Numbered from the stretch's first letter, positions 41,668 to 55,890 are shown. The stretch is DNA of 64,000 nucleotides from Eledone cirrhosa (GCA_964016885.1 OZ024740.1:344472001-344536000), one strand, 5' to 3'. A program made the numbers and translations. Notes: generated by a model not told the origin, from the sequence alone.

Positions 41668-42189
41668 CTTCACTTTCAAATACACAATCCCTACACATTC
41701 ACAAACGCTTTCAAACACATATTCATTCATTCCGAAACTTTGACGAAGATACGGACAGTAAAACCACCATTATGATATCATAACAATATTGTTAAAAAGG
41801 TATTTATTTTAGAGATCATTCATTGGTGATATTATTGTCACAGTTGTCTTAGATTTTCTTATAATAATGGTTGGTGGTGTTGTTAGTGTGATTACTCTTG
41901 TTGCTGTCATGTCAGTCAGTGATATAATTGTTAAGGGAGAAGAAATATTTTGTTGAAGTATGGAAAAAATATTAATAAATAGAAAAAAAATTGCTTATTC
42001 ACTTGATAAGCTGAAAGAGTTTTCCTGAATATTGTCGCCTCTTTGTTTTCTGCTAGATATCTGATTAAAAACATGATTTTGTTACGTTTATTTCTATAGT
42101 TTATTTTATTTGATTTTTGAGATATTTATTTTTAAGTCGTTTTACTTCATTTTATATATATTTTTTAATCATTATTATGATATTACTAT

Positions 42190-42640
42190 TGCGTGTTTAT
42201 GAATTAGGTTTCCATAATATCGACGTTTCAATGTCACGGAACCCATTATTCGGGAGGAACAATCGTTGAATGACAGTAACTATGTCTGCGTTATATTATA
42301 TTCAGTTTATCTTGCCTCTGGTTGGCGTTCACGAAGAGTGTGGCATAATTGGAGAACTCGCGTTGGTGTTTAAAAATTTAATACAAAATGTGTTGTTTTT
42401 GAAAGTTGTGGATGGAGGTGTGTTTTGATATTAACTAGATATTATCTAGGGAGAAATCCCAGAGTGGAAATTATATAAATCACAGCATATACTGTTTCAT
42501 AACAGAAGCTTTCACGGATTTGATTGAATTTTAACACTTTATGAGAGAGCCTCAGCATGGTAACCTGACCTGATATATAAGAGACCCGATTTTCCGTAAA
42601 TAAAATCCTACACTCTTGAAGAAAATAGAAGTGACACATT
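42190..42640 (-). mobile_element. Decayed PLE 3' fragment (GIY-YIG remnant + hammerhead remnant)
   Basis: YISGQVTMLRL..V..NQIR resembles YIGQT..LR.R..VH..QI. Downstream on the minus strand: CCGAATAATG...CATTGAAACGTC (42218-42256). Confidence 0.45.
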
Positions 42641-42699
42641 GTATAATGTAGGCTTATGAAACATAAATATATAGAACCTGTGTCGGGTTCAACGATAAA

Positions 42700-43020
42700 T
42701 ATTCCAATTGGTTGATCAACGTAACAGCATACTAGATAAACTAACGTGTCAGTGGCTGAGCATTACACAGACACGTATCAGATTGACATAGGTCTCAGGG
42801 AGATTCAGCATGAGGCAGTGTATGACAATGCTGACTCTGAGCTCCAATTTCAACCCATCTGGTCGTTTTCAAAACAGTTTCCGTCTACCAAATACGACTG
42901 GGGATAATTGGTTTGACACGAGGCTATGCTGAAAGATACTTACTTGATCAATATGAAATAAAACACCTCAAATATGTCTGAGTGAACCCGAAAACTCGTG
43001 ATTGTCAAGTCACTTTCGTA
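42700..43020 (-). mobile_element. Old SINE(s) (family S3)
   Basis: AACGTGTCAGTGGCTGAGCA..CAGACACGT..CTCAGGGAGATTCAGC; a related fragment sits at ~13505-13580. Confidence 0.55.
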
Positions 43021-43599
43021 ATTATTCGAACCTGTCATCTCCAAAATTAGTTCTAGATAGATGGATGATCACAACTAGAATGCAGCTATCAGATATCTTT
43101 TCGATCAGAGTTGAATTTAAGTAAATAGCTACATCAGTAAAAATACTGTGTTCCTGGATGTTTTAGCGCAGCCCACCTTGCCACAAGCATTATGACGAGC
43201 GATCTGAGTTTTGGGGAGGGGGTGCAAATGAGATTTAGTTATGCTAACATTTTTAGGCATCCATGTGGGGAGAGCAGTGGTACACTTAGAACGGGCTACT
43301 TGGACATTCAAAGTGATGCAGAATGAGGTTGTCGCCTCCTGGTCAACATCATGTGACACATAAACTAGAAACATCTGCACACGAAATTGAAACTGTGGCT
43401 TCGAGTGTTATCTTCCAGCTGCCCCATTCGTTCACTTCCCAATGCTGCAGGCTTTGGTTAAATCTTAGAAAATGGTCGTTGACAATAGATTTTTTCTTTA
43501 GGACGAGTGTAGCCTACATAATACTAGCCTCGACACTTACGCTGGGGGAAGAAATAGACCAACCATATCAGACTGTTACACAGAATCTCACGGTTTAAA

Positions 43600-43830
43600 A
43601 AGCTTACGTCGGCGTATTTAGTTTCTAGATTAATGACCTAACAAGAATCATCTGCACAAGTTTGGCATCTCAGTTATCCTACTCTTAGCTAGGTTGCCAT
43701 CCCAGGCTGATGAGCCCATCCAAGTTATACCAGCGGGAAAAGGAGACGTCATAATAAGGTAGAAGATGCAGTTTCTCTTGTCATTCAGCCAGGAAAACCA
43801 CGGCTAGGTGGCATCTACTGCACAAGAAAG
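43600..43830 (-). mobile_element. Possible RTE 5' UTR fragment
   Basis: Minus strand GGGCTCATCAGCCTGGGATGGCAACCTAGCTAAGAGTAGGATAACT resembles an RTE 5' UTR motif as I recall it. Confidence 0.35.
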
Positions 43831-45679
43831 GGAGAAGTTACGTATTGTGCCCAAAGAGTATAAGGGTATACAATCCGGAGTTTTCCCTTTCGTATTTAAA
43901 TGTTTTAATTAGAAAAGTAAATTTTGTCGCGACTATGCACCAAATTGCATCAGACTTAATATTACCAGTATAATTAAGAGGGAAGCAGAAATAAGAAAGC
44001 TTTTGAAATAAGGAAACATTTTTACACCCTTTTAAGTGAAAAGTAATATTTGAAACTGCTTTTTGGTCGAAAGTAGGAAATAAGATAACATTTATTTCAT
44101 TTACTTTGTCGTTGAGAGCTATGTGGTTCTCAGCAAGATAAGTAGAAGGAAAGAGAGAGAAAAAGAGAAGGTGAGAGGGAGGGGTGGGAGAGAGATCGAG
44201 AGAGAGAGAGAAAATGGGAGAAAATGGGAGAAAATGGGAGAAATATAGGTGGTAACGACTCGAGTAAGAATGTTGTAATGATGATGATCCTGGGACAAAG
44301 GAAGTGTGCTGTAATGTTCGTCGTAGATACATATGTGACAATGGTGGTGCTGGTGATCCAAGGTGTAAGTTTGGTAATGGTGGTAACAGTGATAGTGTCG
44401 TTGATAGGAATTATGGTATGTGATAGGTATATTAGCTAAAGTCTCGACCGTTTGCTGCGGTAGTTATAGTGTTGGTAAAGGCGATAGTTTTGTCATTGTT
44501 GTTGAGATGATTATTGGTGGTATTTCGATTGTGGGGTTGAGTGGATACGGATGGTGGTAGTGTTGTTCGTGGTTAAAAATATAAAAAAAAACAAATATGG
44601 GGAATAGTGTGGCGAGGCCACGATGTGTATGGTGGGAGAGAGATGAGATGTGAGAGGGAGCATTAGAGGTATGTGTACAGGTAGGGGTTTAAGAGTTAGG
44701 CAGAAGATGACAGTTGTGAACTTGTCGGACTGGGGTGCGACGGAAGACTAGAAGGTGGGAGTCATGGTGAGTGGTGTCAGAGAATGTGTGAGGTGAGGAT
44801 GTGGAAGAAGGAGGTGTGACTTTGATAAGTTGGATAGATGTGTCGCTGGAAGTTAGTGTGAGGGTGGGGATTTCGGATGGAGGAAGAGGAGAAAGAGAAA
44901 AGATAAGACTTTACAAAAAAAAGGAAGAGGAGCTGAAGAATGGAGTAGTGGCTGTGAGGTAGGTTGGGGGATTGCTGTGGGAGTTATAGGATGGTGATGA
45001 GTGTAGTGATGGGGGTAAGTAGTTGTGAGTAATGGAAAGAAAGCGATAGCTGAGAATATGTTGATGAAGCAGTTACGGTTTCAAGGGGATGTCTGTGTTG
45101 TTGTTAGTGGTGGTGATTGTGGTGGTGACGGGAGGGAAAGAGGTTAAAGTGTGGCAGTTAGAGGAGATAAAACATTGCATGTCTCACAGTGTATGTGTGC
45201 ATCTATGTGTGTGCTTATGTGTTTTCGTATGTATGTTAGTATGTGTGTACGTGTGTGCTTGTATGATTGTCGTTTAAGAAGATTGTGGGTTGTATTTAGT
45301 TGGTTACTGAAATGAAAATTGTGCACATGATAGTTGTAAATGTTAATTGTATTAATAATTTTTTAATTATATTTCTTCAATGCCAAAGATTCCTTATAGA
45401 GGACAAGGACGAGAGATTCGCTCTATAAGCTTGGTTTGGGGTTTAGGGTTAGCAAGTTCACTTCAAAATCATGTGGTCGAACAACGATGTTGAGGATGTC
45501 TGATCTTACTTAATACCATATGAGTGGAAATTTGTAGAGGGAAACTGTATAGAAGTCCTGCAAATATATATGCCCATGACTGTATTTGGGCATGTGTTTG
45601 ATACAGATGAAGATCCCAGCGAGGTTCACTGGCCTTGGTCTCCGATCTGCTTCGAAGCTGGCTATACCCACCTAACTTT

Positions 45680-46400
45680 CTTCAATTTCTTTCAGACGTA
45701 CTCCTGTCAGCGAGGTTCTCAGGCAGATGGCCGAACCTGACCTGGCCCCAAAGGTCGAGAAGGCTCTGGTGAAGGCCTGTCTATTCCCCAGTATACAACA
45801 CCACCTTGAAAGCCCCAGCTTCGCTTCGCATTCATATAGTGACGCGTGACTCAATTAGCTGCCCTCTTCTTCAACCGTTCTTGATGACGAGTGCACTCGC
45901 ATCGGAGTGATCCAACGCCTCGATCTCCGAATGTGTGAGTCACATAAATGCTGTTGTAGGGCGGTCGTTGACAAGTTTGGCCTCCACCCACTGTCTTGCT
46001 GCCAGAGTGCAGGACCTTTACCCCGACATGCATCTCTCGACAACAACTTGAGCCAGCAGGCCTCGACCACGGAGACGGCAAGCGCCTGGGATGCCGCATG
46101 TAGTAACATGTTCTCCGCCTCTAGCATAGTCGATTCGGTTGCAAATCCCGGTACTGCGGCACGAAATGCAGAGGAAAGGAAGAAAAACAAATATCGGGGA
46201 TTGTCCGACCTCTTCCTCTCCACACAGTTCACCGTTCAGACCTCAGGCCTGCTCGGACCCCGTACTGCCTATAACCTCCGCAAGATTGGAACGTCAGCAG
46301 CTCGTCTTAGCAAGGAGCTTCGTGACGTGGGGTGGCTGTTGCAGCACTTGTGGCTGGCCATTGTCCACTGAATGCTTTTGTGGTCTTCTCCACGGGGCGC
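45680..46400 (+). mobile_element. CRE-clade non-LTR retrotransposon 3' fragment (CCHC knuckle + restriction-like endonuclease)
   Basis: C.C...VD..G.H.LSC..S.G...RH..L; WDA.C; G.AA..AE..K..KY..L; VQTSG.LG; LQ.L.LAI. The PD catalytic block is deleted. Confidence 0.85.
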
Positions 46401-49177
46401 AGCCCCAACACAGCTGTGCCCTAGGCGCAGAGCCCTTCACTTCCACCTCCCCTTTTCATCTGTGGCCCTAGAGACCTTGCTTTTCCACTCCTTTTTCTCT
46501 TATTTATGGCTTTCATAGTCGTTTCTTCTACTCTCCCATATAGCCGTATCTGCCCTTCCTTGACCCTTACCCATTTTTTCATTACTTAATTTTGCTTTTA
46601 TCTTTCACATATTTACTTACATGTGAGGTGAGTAGAAATTAACCATTGTTACAAATATTTGGTTGCCTTTAGAAAAAAGAGATTGGAGAGAGAGAAGGGG
46701 GGGGGGGGAGAGAAGAAAGAAAATGAGTAGAGAGAGATAGATTAGAGATTGAATAGAGAGAAGATTTTACATTGCTTTGAATTTCTTTCAACTTCAAATA
46801 CAAGAGTCCACTACCAGTTCATGAGGTCAAACCATGGAGATATGAAAGATATGGTCATTGTCTACTTACACCCACACACACACACGCACTCAAAAGCATA
46901 TCACCACGCATACACACACATAAATATATATACCTATGAAGCACCATTATTGACACAACTATACAAACACATATCCATACTTTCATACAGATGCCTACAT
47001 ATGACATCATATACGCCATCTACCCCTACATTCATTAACTGCTTTCGCTAAAAATTGATATTGGATAGATTTGCACAAAAGCGACATTAAATACATTGTT
47101 AAAACCATACACTCTAGATGTTTCAATTATTAGTATTTATTCCATACGCTGACGCGTATGTGTATATATGTGTGTGCGTGTGTGTGTATGTTCATATGCA
47201 TACATTTATATGTATGAGTATATAAATATAAACGTGCAAACACAGACGCGCTTACAAAAATACACACTCACAGATATACATTCACACAAACACACACATA
47301 CATTTACATATACATACACATATACTCACACACAGCGAAGTTTTCCCCACCCCCTCCTTCCACACACATACATTCAGGCAACAGGCGTAAAGAGAGCGGA
47401 GTAGTATGAGGTAGTCAAGCTACTCCTCTTTCTTTACGTGTTTTGACAGAATCGCAAAAATTTATATATAGATGTTAATAAACAGAACCCTTTCTTGCTC
47501 TGTTCTTGATTAGTTACAGGGGTCCTGTTTGAAGAGCGGGCCCTGTTTGGAGAGGGACAAATTTGTTTCTAGAAGGGTGGCCTGTTTGACGCATGGGCCG
47601 AGGGTATTTGCTCTCCCCCCACCCAAATCCTCTCTTGCTCCCGGATTTATTCCCCCTCTCCCCAAAATGGATGATCTATTAAGTCCCACTCGAAAACAAA
47701 AAAAAAAGAAAAGAAATGAGTTATCTTGTCCAGTCTTTTAGTGTTGTCGTAGAGGATGCCAACATACTTCGGTTAGAATTGTTATTTTACCGCTTAAATT
47801 ATTGTTAGTCACCCGTCGAAATATCAGCTAACCGTTCGACCCTTCATATCACACCATACCGTGATAACTAAGGATGGGACACATTAATATAGTCACACAT
47901 GCAAGGGTTGGATGTAGACCTTGGGGGACCCGGGACACTTCAGGTTTTTTGTGGGGGATGGGGTGGAGGGGTGCGCATAGACAAAGCATAGATTACACAG
48001 CAACCACTCATCCAATTTTACATTTCATGTTTAGCTTGGTGCAAATAATTGGAATTGAAGAAAGAATACAAACAGGTATTAAATTCAAACACAAGGCCAG
48101 CTGAGGGCACAAATCAGTTGCAACGGGATCGCTGGTGGGGCCTCCGCCGTAGGGGGCCCGTAACAATATCCCACCTTTGACACCTTTCCCATTAAATACC
48201 GACCCTCGATACATGTCACTAAAAAGAACGAAGGATCACAATGGGATTGCCTTTGATCATAGTTTTTCTCCATCAAGGATGACCTGGGGCTAAACAATTA
48301 TAACAATTCGCAGTCAGGTAGCCAACTGTAGGCCTGTAATCCAGCCAGCATATATAAGAGCAATTCACTCCACCTAACTTGTGAACGATCCATCCATCTA
48401 TCTAGTCAGTCAGAATGACAGCAAAACAGTCATCAAACCGGCTAAGAAGTCAGCCAGTCAGTACGACAGCCAGCAATCTAACCGAGTGATAGGCAACAAC
48501 AACACACCTCATCTTCACAGCGCTAGGGTGGGTGGGGAAGAAACAAAGAAAGCAAGAGAAAGACTATGCAAAATATGTATGGGGATGGTGGTGTGATTTT
48601 TGTGAAGGCGGTTGCGGTGGTGACAGCTGTGGTGGAGTGAGATGGTGTCGACTACGGTATATGAATGAAAGCATGAAAGGAAAGGGAACACAGGGATTTA
48701 TACTGAAAATATAGTAGTGTAGGTAGGTAGTGATGGGGATTAGGGAGTTGGGTGCTGTATTAACTGAGGGTGGTCAGGCGCAGGCTAGATGGCAGAAACA
48801 GTATATAGCTTAGAGGCTGTAAAAATAAAGCACACACTCTCTTATACTTTCATACACAAACTTACGGCAGACACCCCACGACGCACATATACAGACAAGG
48901 AGGGTTGTGGGGTGCTCTATGTCTAAAATATGAAAAAAAAAAAAAAAATGACAAGTCTGCCGAGAGAGGAGAGATAAGAGACCCAGTTAGAGGATGTTAG
49001 AAGTATAAATAGAAGAGTGTGAAGTGAAGACGAATAAGATAAAGGAGAGAAAAAAGAGAAACGTCATGGAGAGAGTGGGGAAGTAGAAGGGAGAGGGAAA
49101 GTAAAATTGAATATGGGGTGGATGAAAAAGAAGCAGCAATAGTAACAGCAGTAAAAATATTACTATTATTATTGATT

Positions 49178-49558
49178 GGCGGTGCATTGGCAGTATCGAT
49201 AGAGGGTCGGACGCCATGCTTTGAAGCATAGAGTTACGGCCCCCGCCATTCTAAGTTCAAATCCCGCCGAGGTTAACTTTGCCTTTCATCTTTACGGAGT
49301 CGACAAAATAAATACCAGTAATGCACGGCGATAATTGCTGGCCTTGTGCCAAAAGTAGAAACAATTATTTTTGATTGGCAGAATCAATAGAACGTCGGAC
49401 ACCAAGCTTTGCGGCATAGAGCTACAGTCCCTTACGAACTGAGTTCAAATCCCGCCGAGGTTAACGTTGCCTTTAATCCTTACGGGGTCGATAAGATAAA
49501 GTACCAGTAATGCACTGGTTAATTGCTGGCCTTGTGCCAAATGTAGAAACAATTATTC
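49178..49558 (+). mobile_element. Two tandem S1 SINEs (49178-49369, 49373-49558)
   Basis: Both carry GTTCAAATCCCGCCGAGGTTAAC..GCCTTT and the GGCCTTGTGCCAAA.GTAGAAACAATTATT end. Confidence 0.92.
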
Positions 49559-50595
49559 GTAGTAGTAGTAGTCATAGTTGTTGTTGTTGTAGCAGTATAA
49601 TACAAGAATAACAATAATGAAATATAGATGAGTTGTAGAGGATGATGAGGAGGGATAGAGCAGAAAATTTAGACAAATAATTGAAATTATGAGAAGCGTT
49701 GGATATATTATACAATCTGCAGAGAGGAGAGTTCCAGTTTACCAAAACCTATGTATTACTAGATGGTCCATTTAACCCTCTAGATGCGGAGAAAAAAAAT
49801 GAGAGTATACCACACATTCTTGAGTATTTCTGTTTATCTTGAATGATTGATTGTCATAGAATATACAAGCTACGGAGATGTATCCCGAAAAAAAAAATAC
49901 TCAGGTTCATTGAATTCAATAGAGTGGAGGTAACAAAAACATCACCAACGGCTTACATTACAGGTATCAGGTTACTGCAGCAAATGTGTATTGTACACAG
50001 TTTACTAGATAGACCGTTGAAGTTTTCTTAATTGTGGTTTTCCACCTCAATGGGTACATGAGAAACTAATATTCTGCGAATATGTGTCGTATGAGAAGAT
50101 CCTGTAGATCTCCTCATACGACACACCGTATGAGGAGATCTACAGGAAAAGAAAATGGTTTCAATAGTACGATTCTTAAAATAAAACTCTGGTGGCTTAG
50201 GGGACTAGCCACCGTACTCCAGTTAGACAAAAGCAAACCACCAGCTGGATGAAAGCGAGCTGAGAGATATGAGACGTACATGGGGTAAAACACGTTGAAT
50301 GGCATAGAGACGTCGAAGGCTTTTTTTCCAAATCATGAAATGTATTGATAATACTGAGATGTTTATGCAACATATTTATGGGTATGTGTTATTCGTGCCT
50401 CACCCAATGTTACAACGCAAGAGCATCCAACTCGACACTAATGGAGGTCCTGCAAATGTAAGGAGCAGACCTTTGCAAAACAAAACAAAACAAAAGTAAT
50501 ATGGCAATCAGAAAGAAACTTTACCCCATTTTGTAGAACATTTTCTACGATGATCTGCTAAAGAGAGAGGGTGAGGGAGAGAGATAGAGAGAGAG

Positions 50596-50680
<85 letters not shown>

Positions 50681-51194
50681 TGCATATATATATTTCGACA
50701 CTCGATCGACAAGATCCCAGACATCATTCACTTGCCGAGTGGGGTGGAGCTCATCAAATCGAACCAAGGAAACAATGTTTCCATTGGTGTTTCTACTTGC
50801 TGATAATATCTGTCTCTCGCAAATCCAGACAGAAGGAGCAACGTGGAATAAAATCCCTTGCTCAATGACATAACGCATCATCCGATATATATATCTCCTT
50901 ATAATATATAACCAGCAATTTCTCTGTCTGTCTGTCCGACAGTGGAAACACGTGCGCGCGTGCGAATGTTTTTTGCGCACGCGTAGAGAGAGAGTGAGAG
51001 TGAAAGAAAGAGACAGACTACGCGAGGGGGATAGCGGGAGGGAGAGAGGGAGAGAGAGAGAGAGAGTGAATAGACGCTAAAACACGTGCGCGCGTGCGAA
51101 TGTTTTTTGCGCACGCGTAGAGAGAGAGTGAGAGTGAAAGAAAGAGACAGACTACAAGAGGGGGATAGCGGGAGGGAGAGATGGGGAATTGAGG

Positions 51195-51357
51195 AGTGCT
51201 ACAGAAACATATATACATTTCTCTGTGTGTGTAATATATATATATATACACACACAGAAATATATATATAATTACACAGAAATATATATACATTTCTGTT
51301 TGTGTAATATATATATATATATACACACACAGAAATATATATACATTTCTGTGTGTG

Positions 51358-51404
<47 letters not shown>

Positions 51405-51414
51405 GAAATATTTA

Positions 51415-51466
<52 letters not shown>

Positions 51467-51602
51467 CAGAAATATATATATATTTCCGTGTGTGTGTATA
51501 TATATATATATTACACACACAGAAATGTATATATATTTCTGTGTGTATATATATATATATTACACACACAGAAATGTATATATATATACACAGAAATATA
51601 TA
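51195..51602. repeat. Minisatellite of palindromic ACACAGAAAT-(AT)n-ATTTCTGTGT units
   Basis: About 7 units separated by variable (TA)n; more units near 52170-52250. Confidence 0.85.
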
Positions 51603-51858
51603 TGCATCCCTTAGCTACTGTACTGTATCTGTTGCTATCTCTCTCTCTCTCTCTCTCCAGCTATCCCTCTTTTTTAGTCTGTCTGTTTCTCTCACTCTAA
51701 CTCTTTCTCTTTGTAACTCACTAACATTCCTCCCCTCTATCGCTGTGACAAATGGGGAGATGGAGGAGGGGAAAGAGGAGGAGGAGAGAGTCACTTCGTC
51801 ACTTCACCTCTGCCTTTCTTTCTCTCCCCTCTCACTCCCTCATTACGTACAGACATTA

Positions 51859-52051
51859 GGGCGGTGGATTGGCAGAATCTGTAGAGAGTCGGACACCATG
51901 CTTCATATCATGGAGTTACGTCCCTTTACGGTCTGAGTTCAAATACCGCCGAGGTTAACTTTGCCTTTCATCCTCACGGGGTCGATAAAATAAAGTACCA
52001 GTAATGTACTGGGTATTAGCTGGCCTTGTGCCAAAAGTAGAAACAATTATT
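51859..52051 (+). mobile_element. S1 SINE
   Basis: Full-length match to the other copies. Confidence 0.9.
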
Positions 52052-52203
52052 AGAAACATTGCTTCATTTTTACATATCTAAGCATTAGTAAAATAACTAA
52101 TAATTTCAAAAGTAATTTTTCAATTCCAATTGTTATGAACAGCAAAACATTAATAATAATTTTGTTCTAAGAAATATATATACATTTCTGTGTGTGTAAT
52201 ATT

Positions 52204-52234
<31 letters not shown>

Positions 52235-53399
52235 ACACACAGAAATATATGGGCATTTCTCTGTTTGTCTGTCTGTCTGTCCCTAAAACTCAAATGTAGG
52301 TGCTACAGAAATATTACCTTCCCCTTCTTTTCTCCACTTTGGTACTACGAAGAGAAACACTGTCGCTATAGAAACATTCCCTTCCCCTCTCCACTGACTT
52401 TGGTCACTGAGGTCGAGGGAATCGGTGGTTGCTATAGGGACACCTTGCACGAGCGAGAAGTAACCAGTTCGAAGCGGTTCTGACCTGACACCATGCCAAG
52501 GACCATTTGAAGAAGGTTGCCATTGAATTTGTGGTTGTTGCTGCTGATAATAAGGACCATTCGAAGAAGGTTGCTGCTGAATAGGTAATTTATTAATCAG
52601 ATTGCGCAGTTCCATAACCTCAGTCTGGAGCTGCGGGATTTGATTAATACGTTTGATTTGTTCAATTTCTCATCCAAATCTCAACAATATCAGTATATAC
52701 ACTAGATTTGCTAGCAGAAAACCGCCCACCGGGTGGTTTTCTGCTAGTCTATATCTATAAAAATGAAAATGTCTGTCTGTGTGTGTGTGTGTGTGTGTGT
52801 CTGATCCACAGCAACTGTTGATCCGCAAGGCCAATTTTCAATATTTCTTTTGTAATCAACCACAAATTTATCAGGACAGGCCGCCACGACATTGCGAATG
52901 ATCGACTCCCCCTTTATCCAGGTAAAATATCGATAAAACTCACTATAGATACGACATTGCACAGAAAAAATCTCTATATCTATAAAAATGAAAAAGAAAG
53001 AGTGAGAGTGAAAGAAACAGACAGACTAAAAGAGGGGGATAGCGGGAGAGAGAGAGAGAGATATATATAGAGAGAGAGCAACAGACGCTGTGTTTGATAC
53101 ATGGCAGTGGAAGAGGGGAAGGAAAGCTATAACTAATTAACATGTGTGCGTGTGTGTGTGCGTGAGCGCGCGTGTGTGTGTCTGTGCAGCGTTCCAGTAA
53201 GAGGTAAATCTATTAAGCGATGATAATACGTCGTTATGTGGACCGAGAAGAACAATTTCATGCAAAGACAAGGCCAAGTTTATGGTGTATATGGAGTCGT
53301 TAGACTAATATTCTATTTAAAATAACCGAATGATTTCCAGCCCCGGAGTTTAAGAATGATGTAAATAAAATTTAAACGAAAATGACAGAGGTTATTAAA

Positions 53400-53510
53400 A
53401 TAGTTGTTTCTACTTTTGGCACAAGGCCAGCAATTACGCAGTACATTACTGGTACTTCATTTTATCGACCCCGTAAGGATGAAAGGCAAAGATAACCTCG
53501 ACGGGATTTT
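53400..53510 (-). mobile_element. 5'-truncated S1 SINE
   Basis: 3' half only. Confidence 0.85.
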
Positions 53511-54055
53511 AACTTTGCCTTAAAATAGTAAAAGTAAATAGTGAAGATTTAGGCCAGTACATACGTATGCGCCGACGGACATACACATACATATATAGAC
53601 GCACACACACACACACACACACACGCTCGTGCGTGTATGTGTAAACCTTATGCATTTCTACAGTATTTTCACCAAACTTAAGACACAGGTTACTTATGTA
53701 CTCCGGATGGTCATGGGCACTTTTATTTTTCCAGATATTGATTATAGGGCATCCCGGCAGATAACACCCTTTAACCGGTTTCTTGGAAGCAGTGCAATGC
53801 AACAAAACGTCATAACTTGTGGAGTTCGCAACCGATTTCACAAAACTTAACACATGAGCTACGTTTGTTCTACATATGAATGTGAACTCTCACAATTGGC
53901 ACATATTGTGTAGGGGACTCCTGGTGGCAGGAACCCCCTTTTGGAAAAAACAGATGATTTTGTATAAATATAGTTTTCGAAGCAGCACTGAAGTATTGAC
54001 ATAAATGGTATACATAACTGCTATTTAAAACCCGAGCAACGCCGGGTACCTCTGC

Positions 54056-54162
<107 letters not shown>

Positions 54163-54508
54163 AAGAGAGATATAGAGAGAGAGAGAGAGATAGATGAACA
54201 AGGATGTAGAATAGTAATCCCGTTTCATCAAAATATGAACAAAGAAAGTAGTAGTTCATCTTCAATTATACATTGCAGTACGAATAATAAGTGTCTCATG
54301 GATATATTATCGCAATCGAAAGCAAAGTACAAACTCGGACAAGGAAAGAATTGAGGAGAGTACAGCTGAATAAACCTCCACTATATATCCTTCAGATATA
54401 AGTGATTCCATAGGATACTAGGATGTGCTAACATATAGTAGAGTGTTACATGACGACCATTTTAAAATGTTATATTAGTTATTGCAGTGGTAAATCAACT
54501 GGCACAAA

Positions 54509-54568
<60 letters not shown>

Positions 54569-54689
54569 TGCGTGTGCGCGCGCATGTATGTATTTATGTA
54601 CGTATGCATGTATGTACGTTTGTATGTATGCAGTTAGGTAGCTAGGTAGTATCATCAAAGAGGCGAAACAACTTATAGGAGTTGGCTTC

Positions 54690-55314
54690 ATGATCAGACT
54701 CCATCACATCTAAACATCCAACAAAACACAGTGACAGCATAGTGTCCATGCGCCTTCCTCCCCATGACTGTCAGCTTGTAACTCTTATCATCAACGGCCG
54801 AGCATTCAGGCAGGAATAGGTTATGAACTGTATTCTTATCCAAACCCTTTTCTTCTGCAATCATATTATCACTTGAACGGCGATCTTTCACCATCAATGC
54901 TTCACCTATTTCCACATTTTGTTTATTTGTTGACGAGATTCGCCTTCCAGAACGAGGTACATTGTCGATGCCCTCTTTCAAATCTTATGTCGCTTTAAAC
55001 ATGACTTCCCGATAGAGAAGCATCTATATAAGCTTGAGTTCAAAAATTAAATGTTTCTTTGGCAGATTTGTTGAATTTCGCAAAATTTGATCGCGTACAG
55101 ATGTTCGATATTTTCCTTCATCGTAAACGTGACATGTTATGAAGACGTCTGTACATAAACAGCAGTAAATCAGGATTGAATCAATAATCAAGTTGAGACA
55201 AGTATGTAGGTGCAACAAGGGTTATAAATAACACGACGTTATACATCAGAGAGGTGATGCTTTATCATGATTTACATTGGAAAATCAGTACTCTTAAATT
55301 TGGGACAAACCTCG
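54690..55314 (-). mobile_element. Mariner transposon, 5' part
   Basis: TA-CGAGGTTTGTCCCAAA TIR-like start at 55314. HTH-region motif PRSGR..SST...NV.....DRR....IA...G....TVH.L. Confidence 0.85.
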
Positions 55315-55400
55315 TATATATATTTATATATATATATAGAGAGAGAGAGAGAGAAAGAAATGATGGATTTGAAAGGTAGACAGATACATAGATATACATG

Positions 55401-55482
<82 letters not shown>

Positions 55483-55857
55483 TATATTACATGTATATAT
55501 TTATATGTATATACCCGTGTAGGTGTGCCTGTGTTTGTGCTTGAACTTTTCGTTGTCTGTGTGTCTGTGAGTATGACTTTATATTTGAGGAAGCAACTGA
55601 CATAGCTGCCAAGTATGGGAAAAGGTGTTTTGCTTCTGGCAATAAGTTCAGTCTCTGGGCAGCGAAACTCTATACTGATTGCCTAAGGCTTTACGCCCAA
55701 TTACATTTTATTATCATTATTTTTGTACATTCTATCTAGAATGCTTATGTTTTATTTCTATTCGCACGCGCATATATACACTTGCACACACATCTTTTAA
55801 GCTGTTTCATCATTCATGTATAGCCATCATTCTCTATGTATATATATACATATATGC

Positions 55858-55890
<33 letters not shown>

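Noticed and set aside
43700-43745. CTGATGAG as a hammerhead core
   Set aside because: No suitably placed stem II-GAAA-stem III; better explained as the antisense of an RTE-like UTR motif.
51195-51602. CRISPR-like repeat-spacer array
   Set aside because: The spacers are just (TA)n, the context is eukaryotic, and there are no cas genes.
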